Of a DNA stretch of 64,000 nucleotides, positions 1 through 10,229 are shown one piece after another (the first letter of the stretch is position 1; each line of letters opens with the position of its first letter). The position numbers were made by a program, and so were the translations under genes. The DNA is from an uncultured Planctomycetaceae bacterium (GTDB taxonomy: Bacteria > Planctomycetota > Planctomycetia > Isosphaerales > Isosphaeraceae). The DNA lies in contig CAWIAD010000002.1 in NCBI GenBank assembly GCA_963833985.1, positions 992,001 to 1,056,000 of the forward strand. The letters run 5' to 3'. The notes under the pieces were generated by a model. That model had not been told where the DNA came from. It saw only the letters and a program-made list of their open reading frames with translations, and searched no databases.

Positions 1-463
1 CGGCGTCAGTCCACCAGGCCCAGGCCCAGGCCCAGGCCAGCCCGGCTTCCCTGTAAGCGAAGTACCGGCAGCATGCGGGCAAGACTCTCTCAACTTGCGG
101 GAAAGATCCGTTTCACAACGAACCTCTTGCCGGCAGCAAGCTCCCATCATGATAGCCGGTAACTGCAATTACCAGGCCGAGGGCCGGCCCCAGGCCAGCT
201 CCGCCGGCAACCGAAGCGTCAGGAAATGGATCGGCAAGCAGGCGCCCAGCGTCATCAGGTCGTCGGGGCCCATGAGCTCCATCCCCATGCCCAGGAAATG
301 GGCGAAGTGGCATAATGAAAAATCCGTCGAGGGAGCGATCGCGATGTCGATCGTTCCTCGCGGAGCTTGCAAATCGTCGACGACCCCGCGTGTCGGCGGC
401 TGGCCCGGGCCGACGCCTGCATACCCGGACCCATCCGGACCGCGAACGTCCGGAGCCTTCAGC

Positions 464-2080
464 ATGGACACTGTTGCCACGACCACGAGCGTCCCGTTCA
501 GGAACCTGGAGCAGCTGGCACACCGCAGCCAGGCCTTCCTGCTGCGCTGGGAGACCGAGTTCACGCCCTGCACGGGGATCACCGCGGTCACCCGCCAGGA
601 GCGGCACTCATTCCGGCACCGGGGCGTGATGATCGCACCCTGGCAGGCGCGCATGCCGGCGGCGAGGGCCGCACTGGAGAAAGGCCACGTCGTGGACGCG
701 GGTGCGCCGTTCCTGATGACCGGACCCTGCGCCCACGGCACGATGGTCCAGGTACTGATGACGCCGCCCGGTGAGCTGATGCCCGTGGTTTACCTGGCGG
801 TCGAGGGGGCGTTCCAGGGCTTGCCGACGCCCTATGCCACGCCCGGCCTGGCGTGCGACACGCTGGTCTTCGGAGCCGCGGTCGCGGAGCTTTTGTACCG
901 GATGGGCGCCTCGAGCCGCCAGTTCGTTTGGGGTGCGGACTGGCAAACGGTGCCGGCCTTGATCCGGCTGCACGGGCGCCACCATACCGTGCTGACCCTG
1001 CATAACGAGTTCGACGCCTGGCTGGCACGTGAGGCGGAGGAGCACGGGGGTGGGCTCTATCCTCAGCTTCGCGGCAAGGAGACGGCGCTGCGGATCGGGC
1101 TGAAGCTGGTCGATGTGGCGACCACCGTGAACCGAGGCTATGCGCGTGGGCTCCGCACCGAACCCATCCACACCCAGGTCATGGCCCATCACCTCCAAGA
1201 CCTGGTGCGGAGGATCGTCCCCGTCGAGAACGCGAATTTCCTCTCGCTGAGCGCGGAGCACCGGTCGCTCGAGGCCCTGCTGGCGAGCGATCAGGGGGCG
1301 GGCCTGAAGTCGCTCGAGGCCAGCCAGCGGCAGGCGCGCTCCGGGCTTCCGGAAGCGGTCCGGGCGCGCCTGGGCGATGGCGTGCTCATCGTGGCGATGG
1401 GACGGCTGGCCGCCCAGAAGCTCCACGAGGTCATCACTGAGGGGGTGCGCCTGCTGCTCCGCCGGCACCCGGACCTGCCGCTCTTCGTCTTCTTCGCGAC
1501 TGTGTCGGGAGAGTCCGGCGATCTCAGCCGGCTGGAACGGATCCGCTTCCTGGCCCAGGAGTTTCCGGACCAGGTGCACTTCACGGACGGACGCCTGGAG
1601 TATTACGAAACGCTCATGCGCGCAGCGGATTACAACGCGATGACAAGCCTCTACGAGCCGCACGGGGGGGCCTTCGAGGGCGCGGTGGTGCCGATCGTCC
1701 GGCTCATTGACGGCCTGGCCTGCCAGGTGAATGCCCTGGAGCCGACGGGGCGGGCCGTGCCGGTGAACACGATCTGGCACGACCCCTGGGAGCTGCCCTC
1801 CGGCCTCGGGTTCCGCGAGCCGATCACGCCGACCGAGGTGGAAGACCTGCGTGCGCTACTGACCGGCGCGCTGGCGCCGGACAACCTGACCTTCCGCGCC
1901 ATGGTCGCCTCGTTCGCGGAGGTGCTGCACACCGCGGTGCTCATTCGCCGCCAGCGGCCCGAGGCTTACGCCCGGCTCGTCCAGGGCGCGCTGCGGGCGC
2001 AGATGGATCGCGACTGGATCGTCCAGCTCGGCGGCATTCTGGCCCTGGTGGAAGAAGCGCGCCTGCGACGGACGCTCTAG
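464..2080 (+). CDS. Divergent glycogen/starch synthase-like glycosyltransferase (GT5-like)
   Basis: Motifs ADWQT, TLHN, TTVNRGYA, MGRLAAQK and TSLYEPHG parallel the GlgA motifs HDWH, TIHN, TTVSPTYA, SRLxxQK and PSRFEPCG. ATG at 464 chosen as start within ORF 95..2080. Confidence 0.7.
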   Translation: MDTVATTTSVPFRNLEQLAHRSQAFLLRWETEFTPCTGITAVTRQERHSFRHRGVMIAPWQARMPAARAALEKGHVVDAGAPFLMTGPCAHGTMVQVLMTPPGELMPVVYLAVEGAFQGLPTPYATPGLACDTLVFGAAVAELLYRMGASSRQFVWGADWQTVPALIRLHGRHHTVLTLHNEFDAWLAREAEEHGGGLYPQLRGKETALRIGLKLVDVATTVNRGYARGLRTEPIHTQVMAHHLQDLVRRIVPVENANFLSLSAEHRSLEALLASDQGAGLKSLEASQRQARSGLPEAVRARLGDGVLIVAMGRLAAQKLHEVITEGVRLLLRRHPDLPLFVFFATVSGESGDLSRLERIRFLAQEFPDQVHFTDGRLEYYETLMRAADYNAMTSLYEPHGGAFEGAVVPIVRLIDGLACQVNALEPTGRAVPVNTIWHDPWELPSGLGFREPITPTEVEDLRALLTGALAPDNLTFRAMVASFAEVLHTAVLIRRQRPEAYARLVQGALRAQMDRDWIVQLGGILALVEEARLRRTL

Positions 2081-2262
2081 AACGCTTGGTAGGCTGTGAG
2101 AAGATTTCCTGGAGATGGACCGCCAGCTATGCCAGAATTGGCATGACATGAATCACGGCGAGACCGAGCAACCAGAGCCGCTTTTTCGCCGCGTTGCGGC
2201 TCGGAATCGAGGAGGTGCATCGGAAAACTGCTCTTAGAATCGCTAACAGATCGACATCTGTA

Positions 2263-2323
2263 GGGAGGGCGAGGCTCCTGCCGAGCCGGATGAGAACGGG
2301 CTCGGCTGGAGCCTCGCCCTCCC
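2263..2323. repeat. REP-like palindrome (25-bp stem, 1 mismatch)
   Basis: GGGAGGGCGAGGCTCCTGCCGAGCC (2263-2287) pairs with GGCTCGGCTGGAGCCTCGCCCTCCC (2299-2323). Lies between convergent genes. Confidence 0.8.
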
Positions 2324-2515
2324 GAAAACTCCTTTTGCTACTGTTTCTAAGCAACCGTGGTTCCCCGATGCCGACGCCTGAGCGCGACCCTTCATCAGTG
2401 AGTTTCTAAGCCTTGTAAGGGTAATACTGATCGTGCAACGCTGTAGCTCTACGGCTGCGTCGGGTGGGCGCCGCGTCCGCAAGCGCGTCCGGTTCGCCGA
2501 TGCCATCGGCTCTTA

Positions 2516-2869
2516 TCAAGGTGCTGGAGAGCCGTGCTCGCCAGATTGTGACGATTTATGCCGGAGGGGCATGAAGCGAATCTCAACCCGTCGGCCGAGG
2601 GCGGCGGCGATCCGGCGGAGCATCGGCAGGGAATGGCCTTCGTAGTCGGCATCCTCCAGGCGGCAGATGACGGAGGCGGTCGTGCCGACCAGCTTGGCGA
2701 GTTCCCGCTGGCTGAGGCCCGCCTGGGTGCGGAGCTGGAGAATCTTACGGGCTACTTCGTCATCGGCCCTGGCCTCTTCCAAGGCGGCGATTCGCTCCGG
2801 CTTACCTTCGTAGTAGCCGCGATGCATGATTTCGATAGCATCGCTGGTCGGTAGGCGTTTCTTCGACAT
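2516..2869 (-). CDS. XRE-family HTH antitoxin (HigA-like)
   Basis: LRTQAGLSQRELAKLVGTTASVICRLE is a Cro/C1 HTH. Lies directly downstream of a RelE-like gene. Confidence 0.85.
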   Translation of the reverse strand: MSKKRLPTSDAIEIMHRGYYEGKPERIAALEEARADDEVARKILQLRTQAGLSQRELAKLVGTTASVICRLEDADYEGHSLPMLRRIAAALGRRVEIRFMPLRHKSSQSGEHGSPAP

Positions 2870-2871
2870 AA

Positions 2872-3240
2872 TCAATCCTCCTGATACGTATGACGGCGAG
2901 GGTTCTCGACAAAGCGCTCCTTGGCTGTGACGGCTCGGTCAATGTCCTTGGGCGGAACTCGTTTCTCTTTCGTGAGGCCGTGGGAAACCACGGCGGCTAT
3001 ATTTTCATGAAAAAAATAAAGCATGCGATAATTCAGGCTCCCGACGCGGACGCGAAGCTCGTAGATGCCGTCCCGCAGGTAATCGGCCTCGGGTCGGCGC
3101 AGTTCATGGCCGAGATCGCGAAGCCGCTCCAACTTGACGCGGCATTTATCGAGCGCCTTTTCCGGTAGCAGCCCGAACCATTCCAGGATGGGGACAGACC
3201 CATCTTCATCCTGGTAAAAGATCACTTGAGTTTGAGGCAT
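2872..3240 (-). CDS. RelE/HigB-family toxin (phage Gp49-like)
   Basis: G..LRRPEADYLRDGIYELRV...YRMLYFF...SHGLTK motif. Toxin-first gene order. GGAGG RBS upstream. Confidence 0.85.
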   Translation of the reverse strand: MPQTQVIFYQDEDGSVPILEWFGLLPEKALDKCRVKLERLRDLGHELRRPEADYLRDGIYELRVRVGSLNYRMLYFFHENIAAVVSHGLTKEKRVPPKDIDRAVTAKERFVENPRRHTYQED

Positions 3241-3371
3241 CCTTACCTCCCTCGCCATTGTTCGCAGATTTGCGAACGGCGGTCAAGCCGAAAGTTGTTT
3301 GCACCATCCTTGCGGCCATGCTATAAGCATCGTCCCGGGATGGTCGTTCCACGATTATGTGAATGAGTTTA

Positions 3372-3674
3372 TTAAATCGAATGAACGAGATGGCGGAAGC
3401 GTCTTGGGTTGAAATCCGGCTGGGTTCCGAAGAAGGTTTCATCCAGAACCACCAGTCCGGTGATCTCATCCACATGGAAGTTCTTCCAACCCGGTAGAAC
3501 GCCGGAATTGCTGCCTCCATACGTCTGCCAAGTGTAGAGCACCAGTCTGCGGTGCTGCGCCTCATGATAAAGAGCGTGAGGATTAACCGTGCGGGATTGG
3601 CCATCGTAGGTGAATGACAGGACGCGGCGGTGATCGAGAGCGGCGGTGATGTCGTCTTCCACAGTCAACTCCAT
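3372..3674 (-). CDS. Stand-alone WYL-domain protein
   Basis: 100 aa. The pattern AALDHRRVLSFTY..RTVNPHALY...LYTWQ...WKNFHVDEI matches a WYL fold. Confidence 0.65.
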   Translation of the reverse strand: MELTVEDDITAALDHRRVLSFTYDGQSRTVNPHALYHEAQHRRLVLYTWQTYGGSNSGVLPGWKNFHVDEITGLVVLDETFFGTQPDFNPRRFRHLVHSI

Positions 3675-3941
3675 CGTTGAGAATCACGCTGCGAAGTGCG
3701 GGCCGCAACAGCGCTGGCCCTATGTCCATTATGCCGTCAAAGTCAACCAGAGCCAAGAATGTAACTTTCCCCAGTAAATGTCACCTTTTCTCCCGAGCTA
3801 TTTGTCACCCCCGGAGCGTCGTGTCACTTAACCGGTCGGTCCCACTGAGCGATTCCCCGGGGCAAGCACGAACTCAGCAGGTGGCCACGGTTCTGTTTCG
3901 TTTCTCGTCTGGCCAGGGCACGTGGGCCAGGGGTTTCCGGC

Positions 3942-4050
3942 GCCCCCTCATCCGGCCTTCGGCCCGACCCCGCGCGGGGGGGGGGGAGGATCGAGCCCCC
4001 GTCCTTCTCCCCCCCGGGGAGGAGGTGCCCCGCAGGGGCGGATGAGGGGC
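3942..4050. repeat. Degenerate REP/REPIN-type palindromic element
   Basis: CCCCTCATCCG (3944-3954) pairs with CGGATGAGGGG (4039-4049). Internal GGCCTTCGGCC and CCTTCTCCCC..GGGGAGGAGG hairpins. Confidence 0.6.
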
Positions 4051-4120
4051 ACGACGAGCAAACAAACCACGGCCAGCCGCCGGGACATGGGCCAGGGCGT
4101 GCCGCCGCTTCGATGCGTGT

Positions 4121-4435
4121 TCAGTAAACGTCGCCGCCACTAACCTCGCCCCCGGCGCGGGTCGAGAGGGCTTGCCAGACGCCGGCTGGCGGCAGGTTGA
4201 TCCAATCGCCCTGGCTATCCTGCGACGATCCCGCCGGGTTGCCGGAGATCGGGTCGAACGGCCAGGACTGGATCGAATCTTTGATGAACCGAACCGAGCC
4301 GTCGCCCATCAGCACGTTGAGCCCGCCGGGGTGCATGCTCGACGCGGAATTGGTCCATGCGGTCATGGACGCGCCGGCGACCTTGTCGCAGGCATTGGGC
4401 GGGTAGAGGGACGTGATCAGCGTATCGCCCCAGTT
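4121..4435 (-). pseudogene. 3' fragment of a DUF1559 (H-X9-DG-CTERM) gene truncated by an IS
   Basis: SSMHPGGLNVLMGDGSVRFIKDSI ... VWQALSTRAGGEV. Homology starts exactly at the IS end (4436). Confidence 0.85.
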
Positions 4436-6175
4436 GGGTGTAAGACACGGTTCGTTTTTCTGAGGTTCTACGCCGCTTTCCCAGTTTCCCTGGCTTTGTA
4501 GTTGCGGAAGGGGCTGCTGGGCCTCTCTTTGAGGTACCGATCCAGGCGTCCGTCCTCCGAGAGGAACGACGCTCGAAGCTGAAGCATCGTCTCGGCACCG
4601 GCGTCGCTCCAGAATTTCTCCGACCCCTTGACCCGCCGGTTGAAGATCTTCACGGTCGACTCCACGTGACTGCTCGTCCACGGCAATCCCCCGCGTCGAT
4701 AAGCAGGGTAGTCCATCCGCTCTCGATTATGCTCCAGGTAGCCGAGTTCTTGGGCGATGATCTTGCGCGGGTCATCGTCGGCCAGCCGTTCGAGCTCGTC
4801 TCCGGATAAGGACGCCTGGGCATCTCGCAGGGTACGGAGTTCCTCGATCACCTGGCCCACGCGTCCCTTCCAGCAGGCCTCTGCCCATGCCTGGAACAAC
4901 TCCCAGCGGCCTTCGGTCTCGACCGCCGCAGCCTTGGCGGCCGCGAACAGGTGACCCAGGGCGTGGAGAAAATCAACGATGGCCAGAAAGGTCGGAAAAT
5001 GCCGTTGCTGCAATTTCCAGATCCAGGCCGAGCCGTCCCCCAGGAACGCCCGATGAGCCGCTTTCATGAGATTGCGTCGCCACGCCTCCGCGGCCACCAT
5101 CGGCCCGAATTGCTCGCTGGAGCAGGTGCTCGCCACGTAAGTCCGCACCACCAGTTCGGGCCTTTCCCTCGGCTCGGACCGATCCCCGGGGGACGGCAGA
5201 GATGCTTCGTCGATGTTCTCCGCCGGGGCCTCCTGTAGGCCCATCGAGCTCGCCCCGCTGATCCCGCCGACAAGCTTCTCGACGTATCCCCGGTCGCGGT
5301 AGCAGGCGGGCAACTCCGGCTCCGGATCGCATTCCGAGACGACATTGGCCATGGTGGCCAGAATCGCGATCTTGTCCTCACGCCAGGACGCATCATGGGC
5401 ACCGGGCCCTTCCCCCTGGCCGCGAATCTGCAGCCGGCCGCCGTCAACCTCGACCACTGCCAGAGCCGGCCGTGTCTCGACTCGCGGCTCGAGCTTATGG
5501 GCTTGAAGTTCGCTCACATGCTGATCTCTCTCGGCCTGCAATTGTTGGCCGACCTCCTGGGCGATGCGGCCGATCTGCCGACTGCCGATGGTCACCTCGG
5601 CCAATTCCGCCATCGCCTCGGCCGCCTCCCGGAAGGAGGGCTCCCGGGCACCGCAACGGACGATCTTGCGCAGCACCGAAGGGCTGTAGTCATGTGGCGT
5701 GAGGCGCAAGGCCGGACGCTGAGGGAAAAAAATCCCGGCGACATGCCGGGCAGTGGCACTTCGGTTCGGCGTAGGTGACCTTGCCTCCCCAGAATTCAAT
5801 GGTTCGATCGTTGCGTTGCACCGGACAGAGCCGCTTGCAGTTGGGGCAAGGCTGCTCGGCCCCCAAGAGGGAGGCTTTCTGCTTCAGGAGTTCCTCGATG
5901 GTTCCCTGGGCCACGGCACAGGCCGCGGTCATGGCCATTTGTTCCATGTCGTCGGCATCGAGGTCTAGGTCAGGCCCAACTTCTTCGTGGACCCGTCGCG
6001 CCACAATTTTCCCCCACCCTTTGGCCATCTGCTCGACTCCGGTGCGATCCATCGATGGTGACTTACGGAAAGGCATAGCAGGTCCCTCCTTGGACTTCCG
6101 GTGACGGACAATTTGGGAAACTTGACTTGACATGCTACCACCGGCCTCGGACGGCGCGAACCGCGTCTTACACCC
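4436..6175 (-). mobile_element. ISKra4-like insertion sequence (1740 bp)
   Basis: 19-bp terminal IRs GGGTGTAAGACACGGTTCG (4436-4454) and CGAACCGCGTCTTACACCC (6157-6175), 18/19 match. Encodes a DDE transposase. No target duplication. Confidence 0.85.
4468..6076 (-). CDS. ISKra4-like DDE transposase (orfA 6076-5690 + orfB, -1 frameshift at T7)
   Basis: orfA has CPNC and CPAC Zn motifs ending in RRDFFP. orfB has EVDGG, FLGDGSAWIW, DFLHA and SSHVES. The frames overlap at A7 (5726-5732; T7 on the coding strand). Confidence 0.8.
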
Positions 6176-6258
6176 CCAGGGAACAGGCGGAAGGCGATCG
6201 CCGTTGCGATTTACTTCATCTATATGTTACCATATGTCATAGTATCATACTATGTGCG

Positions 6259-7989
6259 TTACACGGTGCCCTTGCTGCTGATCAAACTCCTTTTTGTCTT
6301 CTGGGGGATCGAGTCGGCTTGGGCTCTCCGCCGGCCATCGGGTTGGCTGCTCGCCTGTTTCGCCTCCACGCCGAATCCGTCAGGATTAAGTTTCCATGGG
6401 CGCCGGCTTTCCGCGACGGCCCACAGGTTGTCAGTCGCCAGCGGCCTGGCCATGGCGTTTTCCTGCGGGGCGTGCGTCCTGATGACATGGCCCGCGATCT
6501 TCGTGGCTGAGGTTCCTGTACCAGAGGCTGAAGTGGGACGCTCCGAGAACGACGCTGAAGGAGTGACTGGCTGGTCGCTGGCGAGGGCGCCTCGGTCCAG
6601 TACGGTGTGACCCAGCAGGTAGAGCCCCGCGGCCAGCACCATGGCGCCGGGGAGGGTCAGCACCCAGGCCAGGCCGATCCTGCGCACGGTGTTCATCTGG
6701 ATGCCCGCGTTGTTGGCCCACATGGTGCCGGCCACGCCAGAGGAAAGGACGTGGGTCGTACTCACGGGCAAGCCGGCGATGTCGGCCAGGCCGATGGTCG
6801 CCATGGCGACGAGCTCGGCACAGGCCCCCTGCGCGTAGGTCAGGTGGGTCTTGCCGATCTTCTCGGCCACGGTGACCACGATGCGCTTGTAGCCGACCAT
6901 GGTGCCGATGCCCAGGCAGAGGGCCACGGTCACCATCACCCAGGTGGGAACGTACTCGATCGCCTTGCGCAGATCGTCGCGCGCGTCGTCCAGCTCGGGA
7001 TCCCTGGACTGGTTGTGGGATGCGTGCTGCTTGCGCAGCAGGATCTCGAGCTGGAAGATCGTCGAGCGCACCTGGGCACGCTCCTTGAGTGGCACCTCCT
7101 TGAGCGAGCTCTTGCCGTCGAGAGTCTTGATGAGCTGGTCGACATCGCTCCGCGCCCGATCCGGGATCGGGATGTCGCGCGATTGGAGTATGTCTCTGAT
7201 CCGCTCGACAGCCGATCGGGCCGTGCGTGCGCCCTGGGGTTCGTGGAGGTTCAGCGCGTAGCTCGTGGGCATGAGCCCGATGAGCACGAGCATGATCAGG
7301 CCCATGCCCTTCTGGCCGTCGTTGGAGCCGTGTGCCAGGCTGACTCCGCCGCAGGTCGAGATGAGGATGGCGCGGATCCACTTCGGCGGTCGCGCTTCCT
7401 TGTCTTCGGGTGGCGGCTCGTAGAGTTGAGGGTCGTCGATGGTTCGTTTCGCCAGCCAGAGCAGCGCCGCGGCGGAGAGAAAGCCGAGCAGGGGGGAGAT
7501 CAAAAGCGCCAGCCCGACCTCGCCGGCCTTCTCCCACTGAACGCCCCCGAGCACGCCCTGCCCGGTCAGGTATCCATTGGCCATGCCGATCCCCAGGATG
7601 GCGCCGATGAGGGTGTGGGAGCTGGAGACCGGCAGACCGAACCACCAGGTGGACAGGTTCCAGGTGATGCCCGCGGTGAGCAGGCCAAGGACCATGACGA
7701 TCGCGGATTTCGACGTCCCATGGATGAGCAGGTCCACCGGCAGCAGGTGGACGATGCTGAAGGCGATGGCGGTTCCACCCACCATGACCCCCAGGAAGTT
7801 GCAGATTCCCGAGTACACGACGGCAGGTATTGCCCGCAACGTCCGCGTGTAGATCACGGTGGTGACGGCATTGGCCGTGTCGTGGAACCCGTTGACCACC
7901 TCGAACCCGAACGCAATCACCAGAGCCACGACCAGAACAATGGCGCGGTGCGGCTCGAGCTGGCCGATCGCCTCGAAAAGTTCGATCAT
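6259..7989 (-). CDS. pitA: Inorganic phosphate transporter, PiT family
   Basis: NGFHDTANAV, GLPVSSSHTLIG, AHGSNDGQK and GLPVSTTH signature motifs. Confidence 0.9.
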   Translation of the reverse strand: MIELFEAIGQLEPHRAIVLVVALVIAFGFEVVNGFHDTANAVTTVIYTRTLRAIPAVVYSGICNFLGVMVGGTAIAFSIVHLLPVDLLIHGTSKSAIVMVLGLLTAGITWNLSTWWFGLPVSSSHTLIGAILGIGMANGYLTGQGVLGGVQWEKAGEVGLALLISPLLGFLSAAALLWLAKRTIDDPQLYEPPPEDKEARPPKWIRAILISTCGGVSLAHGSNDGQKGMGLIMLVLIGLMPTSYALNLHEPQGARTARSAVERIRDILQSRDIPIPDRARSDVDQLIKTLDGKSSLKEVPLKERAQVRSTIFQLEILLRKQHASHNQSRDPELDDARDDLRKAIEYVPTWVMVTVALCLGIGTMVGYKRIVVTVAEKIGKTHLTYAQGACAELVAMATIGLADIAGLPVSTTHVLSSGVAGTMWANNAGIQMNTVRRIGLAWVLTLPGAMVLAAGLYLLGHTVLDRGALASDQPVTPSASFSERPTSASGTGTSATKIAGHVIRTHAPQENAMARPLATDNLWAVAESRRPWKLNPDGFGVEAKQASSQPDGRRRAQADSIPQKTKRSLISSKGTV

Positions 7990-8089
7990 GTGAATCTTTC
8001 ATGAAGGTGGACGGCGACGCCGGGCGGACCGCCATTCTGCGTCCTCTGGCGCAAGGCGTGCCAAGCATACGGATCCGCCGCGATTCGTT

Positions 8090-8929
8090 TCAACCCTCGA
8101 TCCGGACGCCCGCAGCCTTGAGGGCGTCAAGCTGTTTCTGGCGGACCGCGGCGTCCAGGGGGTTGCCGCCCAGGAAGACCCGCAGGTAGGGTGCGAACCG
8201 CTTGGGTCCGGCCGCATCCTGCGCGGCCATGTCGACCAGGGGCTGCAAGCTCTTCACCCTGTTCCGCTCGATCAGCAGCAGCTTCAGGTCGGTCTGCGTG
8301 CCCAGCGGCTTCAGATCGACGACCCGGTTGTCGCGCAGGTCCAGTTCCGAGAGCCGGTTCACCTTCTCAAGCCCCTGGATGGTCTCGATCTGGTTGCGGG
8401 CCAGAGAGAGGGTCCAGAGCTGCCCCAGCCCCGACAGCGGGACGATATCGTTGACCGCGTTGCCCTCCAGGTAGAGGGCACTCAGATGGGTCAGCCCGGC
8501 CAGAGGCACCAGGTTGTCCACCTGGTTGTTCGAGAGCTCGAGGTACTGTAGCCCTTTGAGTTTTGCCAGGGGGGCGATGTCGCGGATCGCGTTGCTGGAC
8601 ACGTCAAGCAATTGCAGGTTGGTGAGGTCCGCAAGCGGCTTGAGGTCGGCGATCCGGTTCCTGGAGAGCACGAGCTGAGCCAGGTTCTTGCACTTCTCGA
8701 GACCGGTCAGGTCCTTGATCTCCTTGCCGGGGGCTTCCAGGACGTAGACGTTCTGTAGCTTCTCGTCGGTGAGCTCGACCTTGGGCTCGTGCTTGAAGAC
8801 CGCAAGGACGGCGGCCTCGAGGTTCTTGTCGGGGAAAGGAGACGCGGCCGTCGCGGGCCTGGTGAGAGGAAGGAGGGTCAAGGCAGGTGCCAGTACCAGG
8901 AGCGCGGTACGGTGGGTGCGTTGAATCAT
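8090..8929 (-). CDS. Secreted leucine-rich repeat (internalin-like) protein
   Basis: Signal peptide, FPDKNLE cap, and about 8 LRRs of 22 aa (LxxLxLxxNxIxDLxPL). Confidence 0.85.
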   Translation of the reverse strand: MIQRTHRTALLVLAPALTLLPLTRPATAASPFPDKNLEAAVLAVFKHEPKVELTDEKLQNVYVLEAPGKEIKDLTGLEKCKNLAQLVLSRNRIADLKPLADLTNLQLLDVSSNAIRDIAPLAKLKGLQYLELSNNQVDNLVPLAGLTHLSALYLEGNAVNDIVPLSGLGQLWTLSLARNQIETIQGLEKVNRLSELDLRDNRVVDLKPLGTQTDLKLLLIERNRVKSLQPLVDMAAQDAAGPKRFAPYLRVFLGGNPLDAAVRQKQLDALKAAGVRIEG

Positions 8930-9239
8930 TGTAGGTTCCTCCAGCCATCTTGCCAGCAGCGCCGCGGGAGTGAGGATCTCCCGTACGCTGGTGTCTTGGG
9001 GACGGTGGGTCGTGCAGCTCGCGAGCAACTGGGCTGCTGGCGAACACTTTCTGAGGATACGCCGCGCTGGCCTGCAAGAGAAGCGACTGGGCCGCGGAAA
9101 AGCGAGCGCCCGGGTGAGGGTCGGGTTCTTTGCGAAGCGGCGCTCTGCACGTAAGATGAATACACCGCCGAGGGGGGCCGGGCGCCCGGCCTTGCCTTTC
9201 AGGGCTCGGCAGGACCATTTGACCAGGAACCTTCGCGAC

Positions 9240-10118
9240 ATGCCCCAGCCACCCGCGACTCCCGGAGCCCCGGAGCACAGCATCGAGGCCACTTCGGAGA
9301 CGTTCGCCCTGGAGGTGATCGAGCGCTCGTCGAGCGTTCCGGTGGTGGTCGATTTCTGGGCCCCCTGGTGCGGCCCGTGCCGGATGCTCAGCCCGGTCCT
9401 GGAGAAGCTGGCGGCCGACTACGGCGGCAAGTTCCGGCTCGCGAAGGTGAACATCGACGAGCACCCGGACCTGGCCAGCCAGTTCGGCGTCCGGTCCATC
9501 CCCGCGGTCTTCGGCATCCGCGACAGAACGGTGATCGACGCGTTCATGGGGGTTCAGCCCGAATCCGCGATCAGGAGCTGGCTCGACCGTCTCCTGCCCA
9601 CCGAGGCCGAGGCGCTGGCCGAGGACGCAAGCCGCCTGGAAGAGAGCGATCCCTCGTCGGCCGAGGCGAAGTACGGCCAGGCGCTGGAGCTCCAGGCCGA
9701 CTTGCCGCAGGCCGAGATCGGCCTGGCGCGGATTGCCCTGGCAGCCGGCCGGATCGACGAGGCCACGGCACGCATGGCCGCCCTGGAGCGGCGCGGGTTC
9801 CTGGAACCGGAAGCCGAGCGGCTGAAAGCCGCACTGGTCCTACAGGTCCAGACTCAGGACGCAGGCAGCGTCGAGTCCGCACGCGCCAGCGCGGCCGCTC
9901 ATCCCGACGACCTGGCAAACAAGCTGGCGCTGGCGGAATCCCTCTCCGCCGCCCGCCAGTATGCCGAGGCCCTGGCGATTGGCCTGGAGCTGGTGGAACG
10001 CGATCGCAAGGGCACCGGCGAGCAGGCCCGGCAAATGATGATCGCCATCTTCCGGCTCTTGCCGCCGGGCGATACGCTCGTCACCGAGTACCAGCGGCAA
10101 CTCTCGCTCGTGCTTTGA
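9240..10118 (+). CDS. cnoX: Thioredoxin-TPR chaperedoxin (YbbN/CnoX)
   Basis: VDFWAPWCGPC thioredoxin domain, TPR-like C-terminus, and YQRQLSLVL ending. Confidence 0.85.
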   Translation: MPQPPATPGAPEHSIEATSETFALEVIERSSSVPVVVDFWAPWCGPCRMLSPVLEKLAADYGGKFRLAKVNIDEHPDLASQFGVRSIPAVFGIRDRTVIDAFMGVQPESAIRSWLDRLLPTEAEALAEDASRLEESDPSSAEAKYGQALELQADLPQAEIGLARIALAAGRIDEATARMAALERRGFLEPEAERLKAALVLQVQTQDAGSVESARASAAAHPDDLANKLALAESLSAARQYAEALAIGLELVERDRKGTGEQARQMMIAIFRLLPPGDTLVTEYQRQLSLVL

Positions 10119-10229
10119 GATTCAAATCCGCAAGCGTCGTATCGCTCTGACGCAAGTCCCCCCTCGACGTCGCCCCTACAATGCGCTGATGACCGGCATA
10201 CGCTGAGGTGCTTTGCGAGAAGGGTCGCC

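Noticed and set aside
15..38. (CAGGCC)4 microsatellite
   Set aside because: It encodes a QAQAQAQA low-complexity tail of a gene ending at 56, which is unremarkable.
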